Positions 1 through 8,163 of a DNA stretch of 33,661 bases are shown piece by piece. Where the stretch lies: positions 1 to 33,661 of the forward strand of contig DAOVOC010000001.1 of the NCBI GenBank assembly GCA_030629865.1, read 5' to 3'. This DNA is from a bacterium. Lineage in GTDB: Bacteria; Babelota; Babeliae; Babelales; GCA-2401785. The notes under the pieces were generated by a model. The model saw nothing but the letters and a program-made list of their open reading frames with translations, ran no database searches and was not told the DNA's origin. The number at the start of each line of letters is the position of its first letter. Within the stretch, counting starts at the first letter, position 1. The position numbers and the translations under genes were made by a program.

Positions 1-130
1 CATTTTTACGATCATGTGTAAATTAAATAGTAGGCCTCGAAAATCTCTTGGATTTAAAACACCAGCACAAGTATTTTTTGAAGAAACTGGAGTAGTTATC
101 GGATAGGCTAGTGTTGCACTTGGGACTACA
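1..130 (+). mobile_element. Right end of an IS30-family insertion sequence (partial; the element continues upstream of the window)
   Basis: The transposase C-terminus is readable in frame 2 (next feature). The reverse complement of 111..130 is TGTAGTCCCAAGTGCAACAC. This resembles the IS30 terminal inverted repeat as I recall it (TGTAG...GCAACA) and places the element tip at about 130. Confidence 0.65.
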
Positions 131-1008
131 ATTCGCCTCTTATAAAGTCCCTTATTTTTCAAATTTAAAATTTCAACAGCTTTAGGGTTGGCAACTTCAA
201 TACGCAAGGTAATGGACTTGGATTTCTTCTTTTTCTTAAAAGCCCAGTTGAAAAAACACTTTATTGTGCCGCAAGACATTTCACCTAATTTATATGCAGC
301 ATATCCAGCAGTACCAATAACAACGATTGTCACCAGCGGGCTTGCTGTTGCTAGCGTTGCACCAATCACTCCGAGTGTGCCGCCTAGGCCTACTCCAGCA
401 AGTGATGGTGTCATGCTCGCCAAAGCTCCGCCAGCAAAAGTAAGAGTACCTATTGTGACTGGATCACCGTTGTGTGAAAGAATGCAATGATGCGGCCATT
501 GACCAAAGAATTCAACTCGTTCACAAATATAAAATGTGTGAGACTCTTCTAATTTAAGAGAAAAAGCATTGAAAAACAGACGAGTTTTACCATCATCATC
601 AAGAAGATATACCGGTTTGTTTTTTAAAATTTTAACCGTTTCGCCACGTGAATTTTGCAAACAATTGCTTGTGTCAATACGCTGTGCTTCAAACCATTTG
701 TTTCGTACAGAATCAAAAAACTTTTGGTGGGGTGAAGCATAGAGAAGATGCTTTCCTGGACCACTAGGCCCTTCCATCTCAATTTGAAAAGCAGCATCAA
801 CTAGATGGTGCTCCATGCGTGTTATGCGTGTCTCAAAGCTTCCTTTTTTCGGAATACAATTTAAAACAGCACATCCAGGTCGAAAGCATTCAATTTGAAC
901 AGGCCCCTGCAAAGAGGCAATCATCGTTCCTTTGATAACACTTGCTGAAACAAAATTGATGAAAATTGAAAAAATAATTAACAACCACTTAAACATTTTT
1001 GAGAGCAT
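1..1008 (-). CDS. Hypothetical secreted/membrane-anchored protein (ORFan); 3' end interrupted by the IS30 tip, and the frame stays open to the window edge
   Basis: I checked every + strand triplet in phase 1 from base 1 to 1017 and found no TTA, CTA or TCA, so the minus frame is open. ATG at 1008..1006 is preceded by GAGGAGAAGGG (Shine-Dalgarno). The N-terminus MLSKMFKWLLIIFSIFINFVSA is signal-peptide-like. A Gly/Ala-rich hydrophobic block (GGALASMTPSLAGVGLGGTLGVIGATLATASPLVTIVVIGTAGYAAY) lies near the C-terminus. The ORF is absent from the track because it has no in-window stop. Codons below position 131 are IS-derived. Confidence 0.7.
   Translation of the reverse strand, partial: MLSKMFKWLLIIFSIFINFVSASVIKGTMIASLQGPVQIECFRPGCAVLNCIPKKGSFETRITRMEHHLVDAAFQIEMEGPSGPGKHLLYASPHQKFFDSVRNKWFEAQRIDTSNCLQNSRGETVKILKNKPVYLLDDDGKTRLFFNAFSLKLEESHTFYICERVEFFGQWPHHCILSHNGDPVTIGTLTFAGGALASMTPSLAGVGLGGTLGVIGATLATASPLVTIVVIGTAGYAAYKLGEMSCGTIKCFFNWAFKKKKKSKSITLRIEVANPKAVEILNLKNKGLYKRRIVVPSATLAYPITTPVSSKNTCAGVLNPRDFRGLLFNLHMIVKM
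2..106 (+). CDS. IS30-family transposase, C-terminal fragment (5' part lies outside the window)
   Basis: Translation reads IFTIMCKLNSRPRKSLGFKTPAQVFFEETGVVIG*, with stop TAG at 104..106. The L-N-x-R-P-R-K-x-L-G-F-K-T-P block is the conserved C-terminal signature of IS30 transposases. Confidence 0.7.
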   Translation: MFTIMCKLNSRPRKSLGFKTPAQVFFEETGVVIG

Positions 1009-1147
1009 CCCTTCTCCTCAAAAACCATTCATGTTGCACAAAGTCAAAACGTTATGCAGTCAGTTTTTATGAAGCAAGGGCAGTCTCACCAAAAAGGCGT
1101 AAGCTTGTATATGGCATTGAAAAGAAAAAATATAAAAACGTGGAATG

Positions 1148-2404
1148 TTAAGAAGCAATTATATTTTCTATATCGCCAATCTCTCTTGGCAAGCCGCTGC
1201 TCAACCTGATGGCACCATTTTCTGTCATAAGATAATTATCCTCGATGCGAATGCCAATTCCTTCATCAGGAATATAAACCCCTGGTTCGATGGTAAAAGT
1301 GCACCCAGGTTCAAGCGGCTGTAGAATATCGCCAACATCATGAACTTCAAGGCCAATGTAATGACCAACTCCATGAAGAAAAAACTTTTCTAGCCCTGCA
1401 GTAGACAACGACTTTAAAGCTATGTGATGCAGCGATTTTGCACTCTCTTTTGCATTTTTTAAAAACATTCCAGGCTTGGCCGCTTTTTCTGCAGCTTTTT
1501 GAGCTTCAAGAACCGCTGAATACAATTCTTTTTGCCTGTCAGAAAACTTTCCCGAAACCGGATACGTTCTGGTTAAATCACCAGCGTAAAACCCATATTC
1601 TGCACCAACATCAACGATAACTAAATCGCCGTTTTCTAAAACTTTTTGTCCAGATGTATGGTGAAGCGTTGTTGCATTTTTGCCAGTCGCTACAATTGAA
1701 GGAAAAGAACATCTAAGTGCACCATGAAGAAGAAATCCACGTTCAATAGCACCACGCACAGCGCATTCTGCAAGGCCAGGCTTAATTGCACAAGCCGCAG
1801 CATGCTGGCCAGCAACCGTTATTTCAACCGCCCTTTTTAAAGCTTCTTTTTCACACTCATCTTTTATTCGCCTCATTTCACAAATTGTTTCGGAAATATC
1901 GAAAAAAGATTCTGAAATTTTGCTATCAAGCATCGCCAACTGAGACATAAAAATATATTGTTCATTTCCTATGTTTTTATGAAGGCTTCCAAGCGTCAAA
2001 AGTTGGCCGCCTTGCGACACCGTCTTTTTTAAAGAGTCGAGAAGATTGGAAACACTTTGTTCTTTAATCGGCATACCCAGAGAATAACCAGAGATTTTTT
2101 CGCCAAGATAATTGACTGAATCAAAGCCAGCTTGTTTCCACCACGCATCGTCAACCGCACGGCTGCCACACCACAAACCTCGGTCTACACCATAACGCGG
2201 AACGAAGGCTTGCATTCTGCCAGATTTTGCAATTGTTATGACAACACCGGAATCTTCTATGCCGGTTAGATAATATGCACAGCTACTTGGACGAAAAGAG
2301 GTGCGTGAAGACTCGAAACCAGAAAACAAAATGATCAAATCGTTATCTTTTATTTCGTGAATATTATTTATGAGTTGTTCTCTACGATTGCGAAAAACAT
2401 CCAC
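1148..2404 (-). CDS. pepP: Xaa-Pro aminopeptidase (M24B family)
   Basis: 418 aa. It has the pita-bread metal-ligand blocks VDVGAEYGFYAGDLTRT, HGVGHYIGLEVHD, EPGVY and IRIEDN. Confidence 0.85.
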   Translation of the reverse strand: MDVFRNRREQLINNIHEIKDNDLIILFSGFESSRTSFRPSSCAYYLTGIEDSGVVITIAKSGRMQAFVPRYGVDRGLWCGSRAVDDAWWKQAGFDSVNYLGEKISGYSLGMPIKEQSVSNLLDSLKKTVSQGGQLLTLGSLHKNIGNEQYIFMSQLAMLDSKISESFFDISETICEMRRIKDECEKEALKRAVEITVAGQHAAACAIKPGLAECAVRGAIERGFLLHGALRCSFPSIVATGKNATTLHHTSGQKVLENGDLVIVDVGAEYGFYAGDLTRTYPVSGKFSDRQKELYSAVLEAQKAAEKAAKPGMFLKNAKESAKSLHHIALKSLSTAGLEKFFLHGVGHYIGLEVHDVGDILQPLEPGCTFTIEPGVYIPDEGIGIRIEDNYLMTENGAIRLSSGLPREIGDIENIIAS

Positions 2405-2430
2405 AAACGTTCTCCCTTATCAATTTTATA

Positions 2431-2694
2431 CTACGAAAAAAACTTCATTATATAAGCTGCAACAAAACCAACACCAACAGAGACAGCAATAGAAAAAACG
2501 AGATATGGAATCACCCAACGATGATCGCGCCGTATCTGTATAATCTTAAGAACAAAGATTCCTAACCCCACTCCAAACCCAAAGCTAATGTACTGAGTAA
2601 CCGCAAAATAGTTTCCAACTCCAATACTCAAAATAAGCATCGCAAACAAAATTACGGCGTTATAAAGTATTTTCTCTAAATTCATTAACATCAT
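2431..2694 (-). CDS. Small integral membrane protein, hypothetical (about 3 TM segments)
   Basis: 87 aa and almost entirely hydrophobic. A GAGGAGAG Shine-Dalgarno lies directly upstream. It is tightly packed between recR and pepP on the same strand. Confidence 0.55.
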   Translation of the reverse strand: MMLMNLEKILYNAVILFAMLILSIGVGNYFAVTQYISFGFGVGLGIFVLKIIQIRRDHRWVIPYLVFSIAVSVGVGFVAAYIMKFFS

Positions 2695-2709
2695 CTCTCC
2701 TCAATAAAC

Positions 2710-3315
2710 TTAAAATGGTTGTCTTCCGCTTATCGCTTTATGAATTGTCATACCATCCATAAATTCTAAACTTCCGCCCATCGGCACGCCACTAGCAAGC
2801 CGAGAAATTTTAATTCCAGAAGCAGGATCGACTTTTGATGCAATCAAACTTGCCGTTGCCTCGCCTTCTGGCGTCGGATTTGTTGCCAAGATTACTTCTT
2901 TTACTTCTTTATTATTTAAACGAAATGCAAGTTGTTCGATGGTCAAATGTTCTGGACCAACACCTTCCATAGGACAAAGGCAGCCACCGAGCACATGATA
3001 AAGACCTCGAAAATCGCCTGCACGCTCAATGGAACATAAGTCATACCAAGTTTCGACAACACAGATAATCGAACGATCTCGTGAGTGGTTTGAGCACACG
3101 AAGCATTTTCCTGCTCCCTGGCTCCAACTAAAGCATTCTTTGCATCGCTTTATCTCGCTTCGCGCATGCTCAAGTGCTCCAAGCAAAGATTCAATATCTT
3201 TTTGATTACAACTGAGAAGGTGCACCGCGATGCGGTATACGTTTCTCGAAGCCAAATACGGCAGTTTTTGCAGATTTGAAACCAGTCTTCTCAACGCCGG
3301 CAAATTTTCCAACAT
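2710..3315 (-). CDS. recR: Recombination protein RecR
   Basis: 201 aa. It has the C4 zinc finger CKECFSWSQGAGKCFVC followed by a Toprim-like region (IICVVE..., ILATNPTPEGEATA). Confidence 0.9.
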   Translation of the reverse strand: MLENLPALRRLVSNLQKLPYLASRNVYRIAVHLLSCNQKDIESLLGALEHARSEIKRCKECFSWSQGAGKCFVCSNHSRDRSIICVVETWYDLCSIERAGDFRGLYHVLGGCLCPMEGVGPEHLTIEQLAFRLNNKEVKEVILATNPTPEGEATASLIASKVDPASGIKISRLASGVPMGGSLEFMDGMTIHKAISGRQPF

Positions 3316-3323
3316 ACTTTTAC

Positions 3324-4925
3324 CTATGCTCTACCGAAACCAAATATACGTCTCATCAGTTGCTCTTCAGCAACCATCAGAAAGGTGTTCATAGACCAAT
3401 AAAGTACAGCACCAGCAGGAAAGCTTGCCATAAAAGCAACAATTAAAACGGACGGAATATATGCCATCCACTTAGCTCGCTGATCAGCAACCGGAGTCGT
3501 TTTTTGTTGCATAAGCGTTAACACACCAAGAAGCGCTGGTAAGATGTAGTAAGGATCTTTGGAAGACAAATCGGCAAGCCACAAAAACTCTGCTTGATAC
3601 AATGCGATGTAACTGCTTAACCCACGATATAGTGCAATCAAAAACGGCACCTGCAAAAATAGCGGTACCATACTTGCCATCTTTGCAAACTGAGAAATAC
3701 CATTCTCTGAATAAAATTTAGAAATCGCTTCACCACGTTTTACAAAGTCACCCTTATATCGAATGTTAATGCTTTGAATAGCTCCAGCATTCTGCGTTTC
3801 AAAGCGCTGTACAACTGCAGCCTTTCTCCGTGCCAGCAAAGAAATGGGTAAAAACGCAAGCTTGATCAAGAACGCCAACAGCATAATCGCCCAGCCATAG
3901 CTGCCGAGCTGCGCAAACAAATATTCAAGAACCAAGAGCAACCACTTACAAAGTTTTGAAAACCATCCAAAATCAAGAACATTTTGTAGACGCACATCAA
4001 CAGCACCCAGATCTGCAACAACTTTTGGACCGCAGTAAAAACTCATTTCTACAGAAGTTCCTTCTGTAAGCTCCTTGCTTTCAAAAATTGAAAACAGCCC
4101 ACGATTGCTTAAACGTTTGCAGTACGCACGCTCTATAAATTCTTCGTTGCTCACTGAATACAAAGCATGTAAGAAGTATTTATCTTCTGCACCAAAAATT
4201 GCAGGCAACTTCCATCCATAATCATTTTCTTGTGTTGCAGTAACCTTGTTGATGCCTTCCTTATCAAGGCTGTTTATTACACCATTAATTTTGTCGCCAA
4301 CAACGCTACCAGAGAACGGTCCTGCAACAAACAAGCGAGGCCTGATTGTCCCTGCAGAAGGAGTCTTTGGTTTAAATGAACAACTAAGTTTAAGGCGATA
4401 ATCTTTGTCATTCATTTGATACGTTTTGCGGATAACCCAACCAAGCGCTTCTGCTTCAAAAGTAACAAAATGCTTTCCATCTTCATGTTTTGTATCAACG
4501 AGTTTGTAAACGTATGGAGTTTTTTCATCAAACGCTAATAAAAAGCATCCTTGTTCACGTTCTTCAAACTCACGCTTATAAACAGTTCTTAGTGGAGTAC
4601 CATCTTTTCCACGATGACTTTTAAAATCAAGGCCAGAAAGCACAGCACCATTAGGAGAAAATGTATATTCACAGAGTAATGTTTCAACAAAAACTTCGTG
4701 ATCTGTAGTAGGAATCTTTTGATCGATAAAATCTATTTCTTTATTAAGTGGCCTAGTTTCGAGCTGGCTTACAGGAGCCTGAAACACCTGGCCCGAAAGG
4801 TCAACACGGCCCTCAAGAGATTTGTTGTCTACTGGCTTAGATGAAAAGAAAAATTTGAATATCAAAAATGCCATAACCCCCATAAGGAGCACATTTAAAA
4901 GACCACTGTTACCTTGTTTTTTCAT
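3324..4925 (-). CDS. yidC: Membrane protein insertase YidC
   Basis: 533 aa with an N-terminal TM, a large periplasmic domain and a C-terminal multi-TM 60-kDa insertase core (e.g. MVPLFLQVPFLIALY, YILPALLGVLTLMQQK, AGAVLYWSMNT). Confidence 0.85.
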   Translation of the reverse strand: MKKQGNSGLLNVLLMGVMAFLIFKFFFSSKPVDNKSLEGRVDLSGQVFQAPVSQLETRPLNKEIDFIDQKIPTTDHEVFVETLLCEYTFSPNGAVLSGLDFKSHRGKDGTPLRTVYKREFEEREQGCFLLAFDEKTPYVYKLVDTKHEDGKHFVTFEAEALGWVIRKTYQMNDKDYRLKLSCSFKPKTPSAGTIRPRLFVAGPFSGSVVGDKINGVINSLDKEGINKVTATQENDYGWKLPAIFGAEDKYFLHALYSVSNEEFIERAYCKRLSNRGLFSIFESKELTEGTSVEMSFYCGPKVVADLGAVDVRLQNVLDFGWFSKLCKWLLLVLEYLFAQLGSYGWAIMLLAFLIKLAFLPISLLARRKAAVVQRFETQNAGAIQSINIRYKGDFVKRGEAISKFYSENGISQFAKMASMVPLFLQVPFLIALYRGLSSYIALYQAEFLWLADLSSKDPYYILPALLGVLTLMQQKTTPVADQRAKWMAYIPSVLIVAFMASFPAGAVLYWSMNTFLMVAEEQLMRRIFGFGRA

Positions 4926-5115
4926 CTCTGCAATTCCTTAGTCCATTGCACCGAAAAAGCGTAAAACCACTATCACGCGGATGATAGCAACAAACAGGCT
5001 ATTTGACCAGAAAAGCCTTGTTGTACGCCACAAACTGTTCCAAGCAGCATAGCTATCGTGCTAGAAAAGAACATGTATCTTTGATGCTGGACGCACCATA
5101 TTTTAGGAGCCGGCA

Positions 5116-5754
5116 ATGCCTAATGACAAAAAAATACATGCTGCAAAAAAAGTTTTCAAAATCGACAGTCTCTCCAAGAACCTATGTATGAAACGGTCAA
5201 CTATACGCAACTGGGAGAAGCGTTTTAACCTACGAGCAACAATCCTTCAGGCTCCAGATAAACTTTACACAATCCAAGATGCCGAAGTTTTTCGCTCGAT
5301 AAAACGTATGAAAATCGACAAACAAGAAACGGATGAAATAATTAAAGAACATCTCGTAACATTAAAACCTGCACAACAAGAAAAAATAATTGAAGTAGCT
5401 CCTCCAGAAACACCCGCAAAAAAAGAGCCAAAAACTTTCAACACTCTCCCTCTTGATAAATTTTTAGGATTCAAAGTTGCCGTAAGGATTACTCCAACAA
5501 CAAAATCTATAGAAAAAACAGCGCATGCTATACCAAAGGGAAAAATAATAATTAAGGAAACTGTAAAAACAAAACCAGCACCAATAATTGAAAAACAAAT
5601 TGAATTTCAGGAATTTCTTCCTGAAATTCGGTCTGACTTTGTAAAAGTTCCTAGAGAAAAACTACTTGCAATCAAAACTAAAGTCATACAATTACGACAA
5701 CAACTTTTTGGAGTAGAAAAACCAAAAACGATGCAAAAACAAAAACAAACGTAA
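5116..5754 (+). CDS. MerR-type HTH protein with a long Lys/Pro-rich C-terminal tail (hypothetical)
   Basis: AGGAG lies 7 nt upstream of the ATG. The N-terminus FKIDSLSKNLCMKRSTIRNWEKRFNL...LYTIQDAEVFRSIKRM fits the MerR HTH pattern (TLRyWEkeFgL ... Yt..dv..l..Ik). The rest is low-complexity and K/P/E/I-rich. Confidence 0.5.
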   Translation: MPNDKKIHAAKKVFKIDSLSKNLCMKRSTIRNWEKRFNLRATILQAPDKLYTIQDAEVFRSIKRMKIDKQETDEIIKEHLVTLKPAQQEKIIEVAPPETPAKKEPKTFNTLPLDKFLGFKVAVRITPTTKSIEKTAHAIPKGKIIIKETVKTKPAPIIEKQIEFQEFLPEIRSDFVKVPREKLLAIKTKVIQLRQQLFGVEKPKTMQKQKQT

Positions 5755-5836
5755 ACAGCAAAAGATTGACTTCTTTGCATAAAACGGCAGCCTTACTGTC
5801 ATGAATAAAATATTAAAAACAACTTAATTAGATAGT

Positions 5837-6589
5837 ATGGCTGCCAACCCTTTGTGTGGATTTTTAACGATTAATAAGCCATCTGGTATCACGTCTTACG
5901 ACTGTATTCGCCATATAAAAAAGCTTCTTAAAACAAAAATTAAAATTGGGCACGCAGGAACACTCGACCCCCTAGCAAGCGGTGTTATGATTATCGCCAT
6001 TGGCCGAGATGCAACAAAAAATCTTGGCACACTCTCCAATTTGTCAAAAACATATGGAGTAATAGCAAAGCTTGGTGAAACAACTGATACGCTTGATTCA
6101 CAAGGTACCATCATTGACCAATGCAAAATTCCAGAACTCTCTGAAAAAAACATTGAATCTGTTTTAAAAAATATGCTTGGCGAACAAGAACAAATTCCAC
6201 CAGTTTTTTCCGCCCTCAAACACAAAGGAACATCACTTCACAAATATGCTCGAACAGGAAAAATCGAGGCGGCAAAACTTGAACAAATCGCAGAAGCTAA
6301 AAAGCGTACAATTACCATTCACGATATCGCGCTCATTTCTTGGCAATCACCTTTTTTACAATTTACAGCTCATGTTTCTAAGGGAACGTACGCTCGCGTT
6401 CTTGCTTGTGACATTGCAAAAAAACTTAACACATGTGCAAGCACACATATCTTAACTAGAACGGCCATAGGCAATATCGATATTGAGCAAACTCATCTTC
6501 TAAAAAATCTCGACTCACTCGAAAAAATCGAACAGAATTTGATGCCACCCAACAAGTTTATCGCCCATCTGAAGCTTCCAGCCCGTTGA
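5837..6589 (+). CDS. truB: tRNA pseudouridine(55) synthase TruB
   Basis: 250 aa. It has GFLTINKPSGITSYD and the catalytic-Asp motif GHAGTLDPLASGV. It ends with TGA. Confidence 0.9.
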   Translation: MAANPLCGFLTINKPSGITSYDCIRHIKKLLKTKIKIGHAGTLDPLASGVMIIAIGRDATKNLGTLSNLSKTYGVIAKLGETTDTLDSQGTIIDQCKIPELSEKNIESVLKNMLGEQEQIPPVFSALKHKGTSLHKYARTGKIEAAKLEQIAEAKKRTITIHDIALISWQSPFLQFTAHVSKGTYARVLACDIAKKLNTCASTHILTRTAIGNIDIEQTHLLKNLDSLEKIEQNLMPPNKFIAHLKLPAR

Positions 6590-6667
6590 CAATAGCAGCT
6601 CACTCATCTACCATCCAACAAATGTAGTTGTATAAATTTGTCTAAAACCTGTGGAAAGGGAAAGACC

Positions 6668-6811
6668 ATGAAAAAAACATTATTGGCACTCATGTTTATA
6701 GGATTCTTTGGCGCACCGCTTTTTTCAGCAGAGAAACCAAAACCAACAGAAGAAGAAACAAGAACTGAAGAAGTTTTAACAGAACTTCCTGAAGAACTTC
6801 CTGTTAAATAA
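6668..6811 (+). CDS. Small secreted acidic peptide, 47 aa (hypothetical; below the size cut-off of the ORF track)
   Basis: ATG at 6668, TAA at 6809..6811. Translation is MKKTLLALMFIGFFGAPLFSA / EKPKPTEEETRTEEVLTELPEELPVK, a textbook signal peptide plus an acidic tail. A purine-rich GGAAAGGGAAAG lies upstream and a strong terminator hairpin lies downstream. Confidence 0.45.
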   Translation: MKKTLLALMFIGFFGAPLFSAEKPKPTEEETRTEEVLTELPEELPVK

Positions 6812-6833
6812 TAAATAATATCAAGGAATAACA

Positions 6834-6875
6834 ATGCTGGGCGAGTCGTTAGACCCGCCCAGCATTTATTTTTAC
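6834..6875. terminator. Bidirectional Rho-independent terminator between convergent genes
   Basis: A 10-bp perfect stem pairs ATGCTGGGCG (6834..6843) with CGCCCAGCAT (6856..6865). TTATTTTT follows on the + strand, and T-rich sequence follows on the - strand. Confidence 0.7.
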
Positions 6876-6891
6876 ATAAAACAAATTTATT

Positions 6892-7479
6892 TTATTTTTC
6901 TGCAGCTACACGCTTGCCCCAACGTTTGATATATTTTTTTGCAGCACGACGTGAAATACCAAATCCACGCAGCCATTTAACGAGATCTTCGTGTTCATTT
7001 TCGTTTTTGGCAACTTCTACACGGCTACCTTTAAGCTCAAATCCGCAGAATTCATCGGTTCTAGGTTCCGGAGCAACAAGCGAATCACTTTCAGAAAAAG
7101 TGAGAAGGATCCCAAAAGGATCTTTAATCTCGAACCGACGATTGCCGCCACCATCAGCAGCAAGATCAGAAACTATATCTAATTTTCGTTTTCGGCACCG
7201 CTCGTAGAAACGTTCAATACCACGCTTGATTTGAATATGAATCCCAGTTGAACGGCCAGGACAGCGTCTTACCATACTGAATTCAGCCAACTCAGAAACT
7301 TCTGGCAACCGAAAGAAAATATTGCATTTCCCTTTTCTCAACTCAGCAAAACAAAGATGTACTTCACCTTCTTTGTCCACGCGCAGATCTTTGATGTCAA
7401 ACAAAAGCTTTTCTGTGTAGAACTTTACTGCTTTTTCAATGGAATCAACCACCAAAACAGTTTTACCGGCTTTGAACAT
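6892..7479 (-). CDS. Glyoxalase/bleomycin-resistance (VOC) fold protein with a basic C-terminal extension
   Basis: 195 aa. The N-terminal ~130 aa (VLVVDSIEKAVKFYTEKLLFDI...FEIKDPFGILLTFSE) fit the VOC beta-alpha-beta-beta-beta pattern. A strong GGGGGAAAGGTGG lies upstream of the ATG. Confidence 0.5.
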   Translation of the reverse strand: MFKAGKTVLVVDSIEKAVKFYTEKLLFDIKDLRVDKEGEVHLCFAELRKGKCNIFFRLPEVSELAEFSMVRRCPGRSTGIHIQIKRGIERFYERCRKRKLDIVSDLAADGGGNRRFEIKDPFGILLTFSESDSLVAPEPRTDEFCGFELKGSRVEVAKNENEHEDLVKWLRGFGISRRAAKKYIKRWGKRVAAEK

Positions 7480-7528
7480 GGTCCACCTTTCCCCCAGACC
7501 GCACGTCCCACACGCAGGAGCTTATCTT

Positions 7529-7810
7529 TTATGCGTTTTTTCGTTTCCCTGCAGCGATTGCTAAATTCTTCGCAAGCTTAGCAATTTTTCGAGATGCGGT
7601 ATTCCCTTTTAGAGTTCCCTTCCCTGCAGCACGAGCGATTTTTGCTTGGGCAACAACGAACATTTCATTTGCACCTTCAACGTTGCCATCCTCAATCCGT
7701 TCCAAAACTTTTTTACTAACTGTTTTTATCTCGGACATGCGGACTTTATTTCTCAACGCTCTAACTTTACTTCGCTTCGCATCTTTAGCAGAGGATTTCA
7801 GATTTGCCAT
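7529..7810 (-). CDS. rpsT: 30S ribosomal protein S20
   Basis: 93 aa and basic. It begins MANLKSSAKDAKRSKVRALRNKVRMSEIKT, typical of S20. Confidence 0.9.
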   Translation of the reverse strand: MANLKSSAKDAKRSKVRALRNKVRMSEIKTVSKKVLERIEDGNVEGANEMFVVAQAKIARAAGKGTLKGNTASRKIAKLAKNLAIAAGKRKNA

Positions 7811-7838
7811 TTAACAATATCTCCGTTAACGCACAACT

Positions 7839-8036
7839 TTAAACAACTTTCTCGATTTTTCCAGTTCTTACGCATCGCGTACAAACATTTCCGCGAAACA
7901 CATTGGTTTTGCCAAGGTACCTAAAGCGCATAACATGCACATTTGGATAAGACCATTGTTTAACCTTGTTATTCGCATTACTTACTGTGTTTACAACTCT
8001 AGGTCGTTTTCCACAAACTGCACAAATATTCGCCAT
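7839..8036 (-). CDS. rpmB: 50S ribosomal protein L28
   Basis: 65 aa. MANICAVCGKRPRVVNTVSNANNKVKQWSYPNVH matches the L28 N-terminal pattern. Confidence 0.85.
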   Translation of the reverse strand: MANICAVCGKRPRVVNTVSNANNKVKQWSYPNVHVMRFRYLGKTNVFRGNVCTRCVRTGKIEKVV

Positions 8037-8099
8037 CTATCAAAACCTTTCACAACTACAACAGACACACCAGTCCAACCACAGCGTCTCCAGGTGGAG

Positions 8100-8127
8100 A
8101 TTTTATCACATAGACAGGCATTTTCAA
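8100..8127 (-). promoter_or_regulatory. Candidate sigma70-type promoter for rpmB-rpsT
   Basis: The minus strand reads TTGAAA - 16 nt - TAAAAT (TTGAAAATGCCTGTCTATGTGATAAAAT), about 60 nt upstream of the rpmB ATG. Confidence 0.45.
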
Positions 8128-8163
8128 ATTTTAAAACGACTAACCCAAACCTATTTTCTATTT

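Noticed and set aside
188-490. 100-aa + strand ORF from the track (MATSIRKVMDLDFFFF...)
   Set aside because: It lies antisense to the much longer minus-strand ORF 1..1008, which has a Shine-Dalgarno, a signal peptide and coherent domain structure. Its own translation is low-complexity Pro/Ala/Val and it has no RBS.
5003-5191. 62-aa ORF upstream of and overlapping the MerR-like gene
   Set aside because: It starts from a non-ATG codon with no RBS and overlaps the better-supported 5116 start, which has AGGAG upstream. It is likely non-coding promoter or leader sequence.
6604-6834. 76-aa minus-strand ORF between truB and the VOC gene
   Set aside because: Its translation is Ser/Val-rich low complexity with no RBS. 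The opposite strand encodes a much more convincing signal-peptide microprotein (6668..6811).
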